53,482 nt of DNA from positions 767-54,248 of the forward strand of contig MFLD01000043.1 in NCBI GenBank assembly GCA_001781465.1, written 5' to 3'. The translations under genes were made by a program, and so were the position numbers. This stretch comes from Candidatus Kaiserbacteria bacterium RIFCSPHIGHO2_02_FULL_49_16 (GTDB lineage Bacteria; Patescibacteriota; Minisyncoccia; Phycocordibacterales; UBA2100). Below the pieces are notes generated by a model that saw only the letters and a list, made by a program, of their open reading frames with translations, had not been told where the DNA came from and searched no databases. Shown in pieces: positions 1 through 7,565 of the stretch (the stretch's first letter is position 1; each line of letters opens with the position of its first letter).

Positions 1-1
1 A

Positions 2-136
2 GTTACGCTTAAAAGGATTTATAAAGAAAAGGATCGAATAAAATTAGTTCCAGCAAATCACAAAATGAAGCCCTTTTACGAGACAAATGTCGAAATACAA
101 GGAAAGGTTGTCGGGGTACTTAGGAAAGAGCTCTAA
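2..136 (+). CDS. lexA: 3' end of a LexA-like S24 peptidase/repressor gene; the 5' part lies outside the window
   Basis: Frame 2 reads VTLKRIYKEKDRIKLVPANHKMKPFYETNVEIQGKVVGVLRKEL then TAA at 134-136. This fits the conserved LexA/S24 C-terminal pattern (KR.y.e...i.L.P.N ... v.I.GKVVGV.R). Confidence 0.5.
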   Translation, partial: VTLKRIYKEKDRIKLVPANHKMKPFYETNVEIQGKVVGVLRKEL

Positions 137-162
137 TAAATGGTAAAATAAATTGAGAATTT

Positions 163-1308
163 ATGAAAAAAAAGGAGATCAAATTTAAATTAGCAGAATT
201 ATTCTCCGGTCCGGGTGGGCTCGCTCTCGGAGCAGTCCGGTCTTTTGCTGAAAATAAAGATACTATCTATGGTATCGAGCCTGTTTGGGCAAACGATTAC
301 GATGCTGATACCTGCAAAACATATGCTCGTAATATTCATGATGGAAATGAAGAAAGTGTCGTTTGTGCTCCTGTTCAGGAAATAGATTTTAAAAAAGTAC
401 CAAAGTTTGATGTACTTGCTTTTGGCTTTCCTTGCAATGATTTTAGTGTTGTTGGGGAACAAAAAGGATTCGATGGAAAATTTGGCCCTCTCTACTCTCA
501 TGGAGTCAGAGCCATAAATACTCATAATCCAAAATGGTTTATTGCAGAGAATGTTAGTGGCTTGCAGAGCGCAAATGGAGGTAACGCTTTCAAACAAATT
601 TTGAAAGACCTCGGTTCAGCAGGAAGGGGTTATGTTCTCACGCCACATTTATATAGATTCGAAGAGTATGGAGTACCGCAACAAAGGCATCGCATTGTCA
701 TTATCGGCATAAGAAAAGATTTGGGCTTGAGATTCAAGGTTCCTGCTCCGACTACAAAAAATAATTATGTGAGTGCGCGCGAAGCAATAGAAAATCCGCG
801 AATATCAGATGACGCGCAAAATCATGAGCTTACTAAACAATCTGCGGGCGTTGTTGAGCGACTAAAACATATTCCTGCCGGAGAAAATGCTTGGTATGAG
901 GGTATACCCCAACATTTGAGATTAAACGTAAAAGGTGCTCGCATGAGTCAGATTTATAAACGGCTAGACCCCAAAAAGCCTTCTTACACCATCACAGGGA
1001 GTGGAGGCGGTGGAACACATGTTTACCACTGGTCAGAGCATCGCGCACTAACAAACCGAGAAAGAGCACGACTCCAATCTTTCCCCGATAGTTTTGTATT
1101 TGAAGGTTCAAAGGAAAGTGCAAGGAAACAAATTGGTATGGCAGTGCCTCCTGTCGGAGCACAGGCCGTGATTTCTGCCGTCCTAAAAACTTTTGCAGGA
1201 ATCCCTTATGAATTTGTTGAGTCAAAAATGACTAATGGAGAAACTAACTCACAAGAGATAGCGAGTTTATTTGATGGAGTAGAGGTGGGAGCTAGAGTTG
1301 CTTTATAA
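163..1308 (+). CDS. DNA (cytosine-5)-methyltransferase
   Basis: All canonical C5-MTase motifs are visible: FSGPGGL (I), GFPCNDFS (IV), ENV (VI), QQRHR (VIII), TNRERARLQSFPDSFVF (IX) and GMAVPP (X). Confidence 0.9.
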   Translation: MKKKEIKFKLAELFSGPGGLALGAVRSFAENKDTIYGIEPVWANDYDADTCKTYARNIHDGNEESVVCAPVQEIDFKKVPKFDVLAFGFPCNDFSVVGEQKGFDGKFGPLYSHGVRAINTHNPKWFIAENVSGLQSANGGNAFKQILKDLGSAGRGYVLTPHLYRFEEYGVPQQRHRIVIIGIRKDLGLRFKVPAPTTKNNYVSAREAIENPRISDDAQNHELTKQSAGVVERLKHIPAGENAWYEGIPQHLRLNVKGARMSQIYKRLDPKKPSYTITGSGGGGTHVYHWSEHRALTNRERARLQSFPDSFVFEGSKESARKQIGMAVPPVGAQAVISAVLKTFAGIPYEFVESKMTNGETNSQEIASLFDGVEVGARVAL

Positions 1309-2131
1309 GCTCTTCCCAATCTTTCTTTGATTTTCTCAAGAGACCGGACTCTTTAACAAATCGCACGCCGTCAAATTCCTGTCCGGGAATTGATTTTGTT
1401 TCTCTCAAGTCAGTGTAGTGACACCAGCCCACAACCTCACAGGGTATATTTATAAAGTCGGGCATTAAATCTTTATATTTTGAATAATGGGGCTTATTCT
1501 TTACAGCCTCATTCACTTCCTCCTTGGTTAGTCTTAAAAGATGGTCATCGGGAATATTCGGGCGACAATAGATATAAATATCTGATCTACGCTCTTTTAT
1601 CCTTATCTCATTTTCTCCGAGTACCAAGAAGGCACTTTTTGGTTTAGACGACTTTATGCCGATACCTATTTTAGGCGTTCTCATCCTCCCATTGTCCTTA
1701 ACAGCAGTAATGTCCTGCAAAACAATTTTATCGCGAATATCAAAATCGAGTTCAATATCTAAATTAAACTCTCTTTTTAAGAATTTCTTTACAGCAACTT
1801 CTCCAAGTTGTCCTTTGACCCAATTTGTTATTTTTTGTCCAAACTCCCTTTGTCGTCCAGTACCAAAATCTGATTGCACATAATTGCGAAAGTGTTGTGC
1901 GAGTGCAAAATCTAAACACAGGGCATAGTCGTCTTTACTCAAGTCAACGGTTCTCCATGCCAGACTGTCCTTCCATTTTCGCAAAGTAGTCTCATCAAAG
2001 TAAAAGCGACCTCTACCACCATTCCTGTCGACGCATGGGAATTCAGCCGCATTTTTGAAGTAGTTATCAAAAGTCTTGTCATCAAGACCGAGAAATTCAA
2101 TGGCTTCTTTTTTGGTTAATAATTTTGACAT
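1292..2131 (-). CDS. Putative type II restriction endonuclease partner of the C5-MTase, with an N-terminal HTH-like segment
   Basis: This 279 aa ORF converges on the MTase and overlaps its 3' end by 17 nt. It lies in the same AT-rich patch. The N-terminus KKEAIEFLGLDDKTFDNYF looks like an excisionase/MerR-type HTH. The stretch DFDIRD...QDITAV...IGIKSSK is compatible with a degenerate PD-(D/E)XK core. No family was recognised by eye. Confidence 0.4.
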   Translation of the reverse strand: MSKLLTKKEAIEFLGLDDKTFDNYFKNAAEFPCVDRNGGRGRFYFDETTLRKWKDSLAWRTVDLSKDDYALCLDFALAQHFRNYVQSDFGTGRQREFGQKITNWVKGQLGEVAVKKFLKREFNLDIELDFDIRDKIVLQDITAVKDNGRMRTPKIGIGIKSSKPKSAFLVLGENEIRIKERRSDIYIYCRPNIPDDHLLRLTKEEVNEAVKNKPHYSKYKDLMPDFINIPCEVVGWCHYTDLRETKSIPGQEFDGVRFVKESGLLRKSKKDWEELIKQL

Positions 2132-2186
2132 GATTTTTATTTTAACCTAAGAACCCTTATTTTATTTCGGTTCAAAGTTGGAAATC

Positions 2187-2276
2187 TGGCGGAGAGGGAG
2201 GGATTCGAACCCTCGGACCAGTTTCCCGGTCAACACATTAGCAGTGTGTTGCATTCGACCGCTCTGCCACCTCTCC
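2187..2276 (-). tRNA. tRNA-Ser (anticodon GCU), CCA encoded
   Basis: The reverse complement reads GGAGAGGTGGCAGAGCGGTCGAATGCAACACACTGCTAATGTGTTGACCGGGAAACTGGTCCGAGGGTTCGAATCCCTCCCTCTCCGCCA. It has a 7 bp acceptor stem, anticodon loop CTGCTAA, a long variable arm and a GGTTCGAATCC T-arm. Confidence 0.92.
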
Positions 2277-2375
2277 GTATTTCTCTGCCTTGCGCTCTAC
2301 AATATCACATGGCACGACCTAAATGTACGATTAGAGCGCCGGAACAAAAACAGCTCCTTCACGGGTACGTTTTTC

Positions 2376-2463
2376 TGGCGGAGAGGGGGAGATTCGAACT
2401 CCCGATGCCTTGCGGCATGGCGGTTTTCGAAACCGCTCGTTTCAACCACTCACGCACCTCTCC
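2376..2463 (-). tRNA. tRNA-Ser (anticodon CGA), CCA encoded
   Basis: The reverse complement reads GGAGAGGTGCGTGAGTGGTTGAAACGAGCGGTTTCGAAAACCGCCATGCCGCAAGGCATCGGGAGTTCGAATCTCCCCCTCTCCGCCA. It has anticodon loop TTCGAAA and a long variable arm. Confidence 0.92.
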
Positions 2464-2583
2464 ATGCCCGCCCGAAGGCGGGTCCGGGCGAGCAGTTGCG
2501 ATGCAACCGCTTGAGCCCTTTGACGAGTGCGCTGCACCCGCCACATTTTGAATGAACTGACTTCGGGAACAATATCATTTATT

Positions 2584-2612
2584 TTGCTATTCAGCCAAAA
2601 TAATCGTAGTAT
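2584..2612 (+). promoter_or_regulatory. Candidate sigma-70 promoter for tRNA-Glu
   Basis: TTGCTA (2584-2589), a 17 nt spacer, then TAGTAT (2607-2612), about 70 nt upstream of the tRNA 5' end. Confidence 0.3.
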
Positions 2613-2662
2613 TACTTTGCTTTTCGGTTTTCCTAGAAGCTAGAAGCTCGAACCTAGAAGCT

Positions 2663-2678
2663 TCCGCCAGCTGGCGGA
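2663..2678. repeat. Mini-hairpin TCCGCC-AGCT-GGCGGA, a member of the TCCGCC-N4-GGCGGA family
   Basis: Perfect 16 nt palindrome ending 3 nt before the tRNA-Glu 5' end. It is preceded by three CTAGAAGCT direct repeats (2632-2665). Confidence 0.6.
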
Positions 2679-2681
2679 TAC

Positions 2682-2753
2682 GGCCCTATCGTCTAATGGT
2701 TAGGACGCCGGCTTTTCAAGCCGTTAATCCGAGTTCGATTCTCGGTAGGGTCA
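2682..2753 (+). tRNA. tRNA-Glu (anticodon UUC), no encoded CCA
   Basis: GGCCCTATCGTCTAATGGTTAGGACGCCGGCTTTTCAAGCCGTTAATCCGAGTTCGATTCTCGGTAGGGTCA. It folds as a cloverleaf with anticodon loop TTTTCAA. Confidence 0.9.
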
Positions 2754-2783
2754 GCGCATGATTTAGACAGATATGTAGGATAT

Positions 2784-2948
2784 GAAAGGTTTTAAACCCC
2801 AGGGCAAGCCTTGGACCAGATTTCGTCGAGACATGCTCGACGAAATCATTCCGCGGCAAGCCGCGGGGTTTTAAACCTTTGCTGTCTGCGCCGCAGGGAT
2901 GTGAAAGAGGGTACTCTTTCACTTCACTCGCTATCCTTGACAGATAAA
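2784..2948 (+). repeat. Structured ~165 nt repeat element, copy A (candidate ncRNA or transcribed repeat)
   Basis: It aligns end to end with 7389-7556 and with the reverse complement of 8524-8691. The same helices are present, but the central hairpin sequence is replaced by a different self-complementary one (GATTTCGTCGAG ACAT(G) CTCGACGAAATC). Confidence 0.7.
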
Positions 2949-3105
2949 TCCCACGGTTCCTTTACACTAGTTTAATTATCTATTCTCTTATTCTCACGAA
3001 TTAGACAATAGTAAGAGTTAAAGCTCCATATACATAAGCTTGAAGCAAGGAAGGTGGGGTTGATTACAATTTCTTAGGGTTTTGAACACTGTATTTTCTC
3101 GCGCA

Positions 3106-3141
3106 ATCTATTCCAGTCTTTTGCAAAAGATTGGAATAGAT
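3106..3141. repeat. Palindromic hairpin family 2 copy (ATCTATTCCAGTCTTTTGCAAAAGATTGGAATAGAT)
   Basis: 16 bp stem with one G-T pair. A paralogous perfect copy lies at 5028-5063. Confidence 0.7.
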
Positions 3142-3163
3142 AAAATCACCCGTCAGAATAAGA

Positions 3164-3179
3164 TATAATACAAAACATG
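3164..3179 (+). promoter_or_regulatory. TATAAT -10 box 7 nt upstream of the ATG of the GT2 gene, suggesting a leaderless mRNA
   Basis: TATAAT at 3164-3169 and ATG at 3177. There is no room for a Shine-Dalgarno sequence. Confidence 0.3.
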
Positions 3180-3911
3180 CCCCGAGTTCCTCCGGTTTCA
3201 ATCGTCATCCCCGCATTGAATGAGGAGAGATATCTTCCCGGCCTGCTTGAATCGCTGGCTAATGTGAGAGAGCCGATGGGTGTCATCGTCGTCGACGGAA
3301 ATTCTTCTGACAAAACAATAGAGGTTGCTCGCTCGTTTGAATCGCGATTTTCTGCACCCTCGTCACTGCTAGTCATTTCATCTGAACGAGGGATTTCTCG
3401 GCAACGCAATGCAGGCGCTGCTGTGGCCAAAAATGAAATTCTAGCGTTCCTGGACGCCGACATCATAATTCCTTCGCGAGAACAGTACGTTGCGTTAATC
3501 TCGACGTTTGCGAAATACAATTACTCCGTTGCAATGCCTCACATTATAGCCCGCGAACCTATGTGGCAGGCGCGTTTGATTTATAGTGCGTACGACATAT
3601 GGGTACGATTCTTTATGTTCTTCGGCAAGCCACATTTCGCTGGCGCATGCCTCTTGACAACAAAAACAGTTTTTAACGCAATTGGCGGATTTGATACCAC
3701 GTTATCTGTTGCGGAGGATGTTAATTACTCGGTCAGAGCAGCGAAGATGAAGTTCGCAGGGATATTACCGGTACGAATTCCCGTTTCCGCACGCCGATTA
3801 ATCCGCGATGGATATAGAAAAATGTTCTGGACGTATCTGCGTGAGGGATTTATTTTCGCAGTAACTGGCAAGGGCTTTAAGAAAATACCGTATCCATTTG
3901 GGGAATACTAA
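3177..3911 (+). CDS. Family 2 glycosyltransferase
   Basis: N-terminal VSIVIPALNEERYL, DGNSSD and FLDAD (DxD) motifs typical of the GT2 GT-A fold. Confidence 0.75.
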   Translation: MPRVPPVSIVIPALNEERYLPGLLESLANVREPMGVIVVDGNSSDKTIEVARSFESRFSAPSSLLVISSERGISRQRNAGAAVAKNEILAFLDADIIIPSREQYVALISTFAKYNYSVAMPHIIAREPMWQARLIYSAYDIWVRFFMFFGKPHFAGACLLTTKTVFNAIGGFDTTLSVAEDVNYSVRAAKMKFAGILPVRIPVSARRLIRDGYRKMFWTYLREGFIFAVTGKGFKKIPYPFGEY

Positions 3912-3919
3912 GAAGCTCT

Positions 3920-3966
3920 CATCCGCAGGCCATCCTCAAGTTTAATCTGCGGATGGCCTGCGGATG
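3920..3966 (+). terminator. Hairpin downstream of the GT2 gene
   Basis: CATCCGCAGGCCATCC (3920-3935) pairs with GGATGGCCTGCGGATG (3951-3966), a perfect 16 bp stem with a 15 nt loop. No clear U tract follows. Confidence 0.5.
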
Positions 3967-4017
3967 CAACGCTGATTGACCGGTTTCATATGGCTGATAG
4001 GATTAGGTGAAATCGCT

Positions 4018-4962
4018 ATGAAACTCCCGAAGGATATACTTACAATCCCGCAATTAAGCCGCCAAAACATTGAGCGGATTTTGTCGGATGCCTTCAGATT
4101 CAAGGAATACAAAGGCGCGCCGAAGGCGCGCGACCAGGTCCTGGAGGGAAAATCTATCGCTCTCATATTTGAGAAGAACTCCCTACGCACCAGAGTTGCT
4201 TTTGAGACAGCCATCAGCGCTCTCGGAGGTCACCCGATCTTTTTGGCAGGAGACAATATATTGTATAGGGCAAAGAGCGACACAAGCCGTGAGAGCATCG
4301 GCGACATCACGCAAAATCTTGACCGCCTCGCGCATGGGATTGCCGCGCGCGTCAACAATCATAAATCGCTGACCGACATCGCCGGGTACTCCAAAAATCC
4401 AGTGATAAATCTGTTATGTAACGAGCATCATCCGACACAGGCTCTCGCGGACTTAATGACGATACAATGGCACAAGGGAAAAACTACCGGGCTGAAAGTG
4501 GCGTTTATCGGGGATGGGAATAATGTCGCCACATCGCTTATGGATATCTGCGCCGTCATGGGAATGGATTTCTCCATCGGGAGCCCGGCCGGTTACGAGA
4601 TACCGAGAAAATTCCAGGACATCGCGAGAAGCATCGCCGCCCAGTCCAATTCTAAATTGGAATTTACTAATGACCCGAAAAAGGCAGCCGCAGGAGCCGA
4701 TGTCATTTACACCGATACATTCGTATCAATGGGCAATGAGGCGGAAAGCAAAAAGCGCACCGGCGATTTCAAGGCATACCAAGTCAACGCGGAAACAATG
4801 AAATGCGCGAAAGACGACGCGATTTTCATGCACTGCCTGCCGGCGCACCGCGGAGATGAAGTTGCGGCGGAGGTCATAGACAGCAAGCAATCCGTCGTGT
4901 TTGACCAAGCCGAGTGCCGCCTTCACATCGCGAAATCGCTTCTCTACTTGCTCTATAAATAG
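4018..4962 (+). CDS. argF: Ornithine carbamoyltransferase
   Basis: SLRTRVAFE (STRTR-type carbamoyl-phosphate site), HPTQALADL, DGNNV, DTFVSMG and HCLPAHRGDEV (HCLP) motifs. ATG at 4018 is preceded by AGGTGA. The track ORF starts at an upstream TTG (3976). Confidence 0.85.
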   Translation: MKLPKDILTIPQLSRQNIERILSDAFRFKEYKGAPKARDQVLEGKSIALIFEKNSLRTRVAFETAISALGGHPIFLAGDNILYRAKSDTSRESIGDITQNLDRLAHGIAARVNNHKSLTDIAGYSKNPVINLLCNEHHPTQALADLMTIQWHKGKTTGLKVAFIGDGNNVATSLMDICAVMGMDFSIGSPAGYEIPRKFQDIARSIAAQSNSKLEFTNDPKKAAAGADVIYTDTFVSMGNEAESKKRTGDFKAYQVNAETMKCAKDDAIFMHCLPAHRGDEVAAEVIDSKQSVVFDQAECRLHIAKSLLYLLYK

Positions 4963-5027
4963 GTATTTTACGGCTCAGACCCCCCGTCTGAGCCGTTAGA
5001 ATTTAGAGTTTGATCTCTCTCCCTGCA

Positions 5028-5063
5028 ATCTATTCTAGTATTTTGCAAAATACTAGAATAGAT
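5028..5063. terminator. Perfect palindromic hairpin (family 2) between the convergent argF and pdxT genes
   Basis: ATCTATTCTAGTATTTTGCAAAATACTAGAATAGAT is a 36 nt perfect palindrome located between two stop codons. Confidence 0.6.
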
Positions 5064-5073
5064 TTGGTATTCC

Positions 5074-5679
5074 CTACGGTCGTGGGGCCGCAAAAATCCT
5101 TCTCAAAAAATGCTCGTGAAAAAGCGTGGTGGTAAGTTCAGGGTGAAAAGCAAGCGCCAGATAATACTTCCCTTTTGATTCTTCTTCGCACGCGATTATT
5201 TCGCCGTTGTATTTTGCAAGCACTTTTACATTCTTGCCGACTCTAGTGATTTTCGGAGCGCGAATAAAAAAGGCGTGCATCTCGCCGAGGGACGTTTTGA
5301 TTTCCGCTTCAAACGATTCGTTTTGCCTGCCGTAGGCATTCCTCGCGACTTCAATATCCATGAGTTCGAGCGTCTCTTGGTCCTTCGTTTTATTCCGCGC
5401 GTTTTTGGAAAGCATGATAGCTCCCGCGCATGTGCCCAATATATTTCTTATCTTTTTTATTTCTCCGAAAATTCCTTCTCTTTGGCACAATTTATAGAAC
5501 GTCGTGCTTTCGCCCCCAGGCAAAATCAAGCCGTTCAAACCAGCGAGGTCTTTTTTCTCCCGCACGGCAACGACATCAACGTCCTTGCGCAATTTTTTGG
5601 CGGCATCTTTTACCGCTTCAATATGCTCCGAAACATCACCTTGAAACGCAAGCACGCCTACTGTAAATTTCTTGTTCAC
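5074..5679 (-). CDS. pdxT: Pyridoxal 5'-phosphate synthase glutaminase subunit PdxT
   Basis: VGVLAFQGDV, LILPGGESTT, GTCAG (nucleophile Cys) and FHPE motifs. The GTG start at 5679 lies 4 nt after the pdxS stop. The longer track ORF overlaps pdxS and is unlikely. Confidence 0.85.
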   Translation of the reverse strand: MNKKFTVGVLAFQGDVSEHIEAVKDAAKKLRKDVDVVAVREKKDLAGLNGLILPGGESTTFYKLCQREGIFGEIKKIRNILGTCAGAIMLSKNARNKTKDQETLELMDIEVARNAYGRQNESFEAEIKTSLGEMHAFFIRAPKITRVGKNVKVLAKYNGEIIACEEESKGKYYLALAFHPELTTTLFHEHFLRRIFAAPRP

Positions 5680-5683
5680 TGTT

Positions 5684-6592
5684 TTAGATTCCGCGTTCCG
5701 CGTATTTAGTGGAAAGTGTCGCAATTTCCAGCCCGGCCATTGCATCGCCCAACCCCTTGCCCGCCTCCGCGATTTTTTTCTTGTCGGCATAGTGCGCTGT
5801 CGCGTCAACTATTGCTTTCGCGCGCCTGATTGGATTACTGCTTTTGAATATACCGGAGCCGACGAAGATGCCGTCCACTCCCAACTGCATGCACAGCGCG
5901 GCGTCGGCCGGCGTCGCGATTCCTCCGGCCGCGAAATTGACGACTGGCAGTCTCCCCAATTTCGCGATGGTGACAAGCAAATTTGGCGGCACTCGGTATT
6001 CAATCGCTTTTTCTTTCAGTTTTTTCATCTGCTTCTTGTGCAAATATTCTGTAATTTCCGCAATGCCATTTGCGACCGCGCGGATGTGGCGCACGGCCTC
6101 AACAATATTCCCGCTTCCGGCTTCGCCTTTCGTGCGTATCATCGCGGCGCCTTCGCGCAAGCGCCGCACCGCCTCGCCCAGATTGCGCGCACCGCAAACG
6201 AATGGAATCGTGAATTTTGTTTTATCAATATGGAATTCCTCGTCTGCCGGAGTCAAAACCTCGCTCTCGTCTATGTAGTCGACTTCAAGCGCCTCAAGAA
6301 CCTGCGCCTCTACGAAATGTCCTATCCTGCATTTTGCCATCACGGGAATTGTCACCGCCTTCTGGATGCCGATTATCATTTCCGGATCCGACATTCTCGC
6401 GACTCCGCCCTGCGAGCGGATGTCCGAAGGCACGCGCTCAAGCGCCATGACGGCCACCGCTCCCGCATCCTCGGCGATTTTTGCCTGCTCGGCGTTCGTC
6501 ACATCCATGATTACGCCGCCTTTAAGCATGCGCGCCAAGCCCGTCTTCAATTCAAATGTCCCCTTTGCTTGTTTGGAGTTTTTCCCTTTCAT
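5684..6592 (-). CDS. pdxS: Pyridoxal 5'-phosphate synthase lyase subunit PdxS
   Basis: [41 protein letters not shown] is a hallmark PdxS N-terminus. The ATG at 6592 gives [11 protein letters not shown]. The upstream part of the track ORF is non-homologous. Confidence 0.9.
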   Translation of the reverse strand: MKGKNSKQAKGTFELKTGLARMLKGGVIMDVTNAEQAKIAEDAGAVAVMALERVPSDIRSQGGVARMSDPEMIIGIQKAVTIPVMAKCRIGHFVEAQVLEALEVDYIDESEVLTPADEEFHIDKTKFTIPFVCGARNLGEAVRRLREGAAMIRTKGEAGSGNIVEAVRHIRAVANGIAEITEYLHKKQMKKLKEKAIEYRVPPNLLVTIAKLGRLPVVNFAAGGIATPADAALCMQLGVDGIFVGSGIFKSSNPIRRAKAIVDATAHYADKKKIAEAGKGLGDAMAGLEIATLSTKYAERGI

Positions 6593-6634
6593 AGCCAAAA
6601 ACAAAATATACCCGCTCGCGGGCGATATAGCAAG

Positions 6635-6678
6635 ATTCAAGGTGCGACCTTGGGTATTTTTAAGGTCGCACCTTGAAT
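6635..6678. repeat. Hairpin ATTCAAGGTGCGACCTT-N10-AAGGTCGCACCTTGAAT in the pdxS/alkA divergent region
   Basis: Perfect 17 bp arms. A related copy with a compensatory change sits inside tsaD (14370-14413). Confidence 0.7.
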
Positions 6679-6735
6679 ACATTCTCAACAAATGCAATTC
6701 CAGCTGGAAAAGTCCAGCAATTCCTGTATCTTTGG

Positions 6736-7374
6736 ATGTCCATGCACGATATAGGAAAATCAATCTCAATACTTAAGCGCGACAAGCGCTTCGCGCTACT
6801 TATCAAAAAGCACGGGATTCCTAACAGAGCAAAGAGGAAAAATCCTTTTCAATCTCTTGTTCGTTCAATTATCTATCAGCAGGTTTCGGGCAGAGCCGCG
6901 GCGACCATACTTGCTCGTTTTATTAAATTATGTCCGAAGGGCAAGTTCCCAACACCTAAAGCAGTTCGCGATATCTTGATCGAAAAAATGCGCGGGGCGG
7001 GACTTTCGTCACAAAAAGCATCTTACATAAAAGACCTCGCTATAAAATTTTCTGACGGGACAATAAAGCACCGCTCGCTCCATAGAATGACCAACTCAGA
7101 AATAGTGAAGCATCTAACGCAAGTAAAAGGCATCGGCGTCTGGACCGTGCATATGTTTCTTATAGCCACAATGAATCGACCAGATGTACTTCCTACTGGC
7201 GACCTCGGCATCCGCAAAGGCTTCCAGGTGGTTTATCAACTCAAGGATTTGCCCAGTCACGAGAAAATGGAAAAGTTCGCGGCGCCGTGGCGTGCGCATG
7301 CATCGCTTGCATCTTGGTACTTGTGGCGTGTGGCTGACGAAACAAAATCTAATAAGTCGGGAGTTAAGAAATAA
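6736..7374 (+). CDS. HhH-GPD DNA glycosylase (AlkA-like 3-methyladenine DNA glycosylase II)
   Basis: [18 protein letters not shown], helix-hairpin-helix [14 protein letters not shown] and [10 protein letters not shown] with a catalytic Asp. The start is uncertain: ATG at 6736 or 6742. The track start (TTG 6673) lies inside the hairpin. Confidence 0.75.
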   Translation: MSMHDIGKSISILKRDKRFALLIKKHGIPNRAKRKNPFQSLVRSIIYQQVSGRAAATILARFIKLCPKGKFPTPKAVRDILIEKMRGAGLSSQKASYIKDLAIKFSDGTIKHRSLHRMTNSEIVKHLTQVKGIGVWTVHMFLIATMNRPDVLPTGDLGIRKGFQVVYQLKDLPSHEKMEKFAAPWRAHASLASWYLWRVADETKSNKSGVKK

Positions 7375-7388
7375 GAGTTATGAAATAT

Positions 7389-7556
7389 GAAAGGTTTCAA
7401 ACCCCAGGGCAAGCCCTGGACCCGAACCCGCGCAAGACATGTCTTGCGCGGGTTCATTCCGCGGCAAGCCGCGGGGTTTTTCACCTTTGCTGTCTGCGAC
7501 GCTCGGAAGTGAAAGAGAGTACTCTTTCACTTCACTCGCTATCCTCGACAGATAAA
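7389..7556 (+). repeat. Structured ~168 nt repeat element, copy B (best-preserved copy)
   Basis: The helices are AAAGGT..AAACCCC / GGGGTTT..ACCTTT (closing), CAGGG-CAAG-CCCTG, GAACCCGCGCAAGAC-AT-GTCTTGCGCGGGTTC, CCGCGG-CAAG-CCGCGG and GAAGTGAAAGAG-AGTA-CTCTTTCACTTC. Confidence 0.75.
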
Positions 7557-7565
7557 CATCGCGAA

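Noticed and set aside
2178-2555. ORFs of 125, 101 and 61 aa spanning the two tRNA-Ser genes
   Set aside because: They are read straight through two well-formed tRNA genes and a GC-rich structured spacer, so they are composition artefacts.
2716-2922. 68 aa minus-strand ORF
   Set aside because: It overlaps tRNA-Glu and copy A of the structured repeat on the opposite strand.
5672-6676. 334 aa plus-strand ORF, with nested ORFs 5844-6278 and 6366-6776
   Set aside because: It is entirely antisense to pdxS, whose product is unmistakably homologous. The translation is Arg/His/Cys-rich junk with no recognisable motif.
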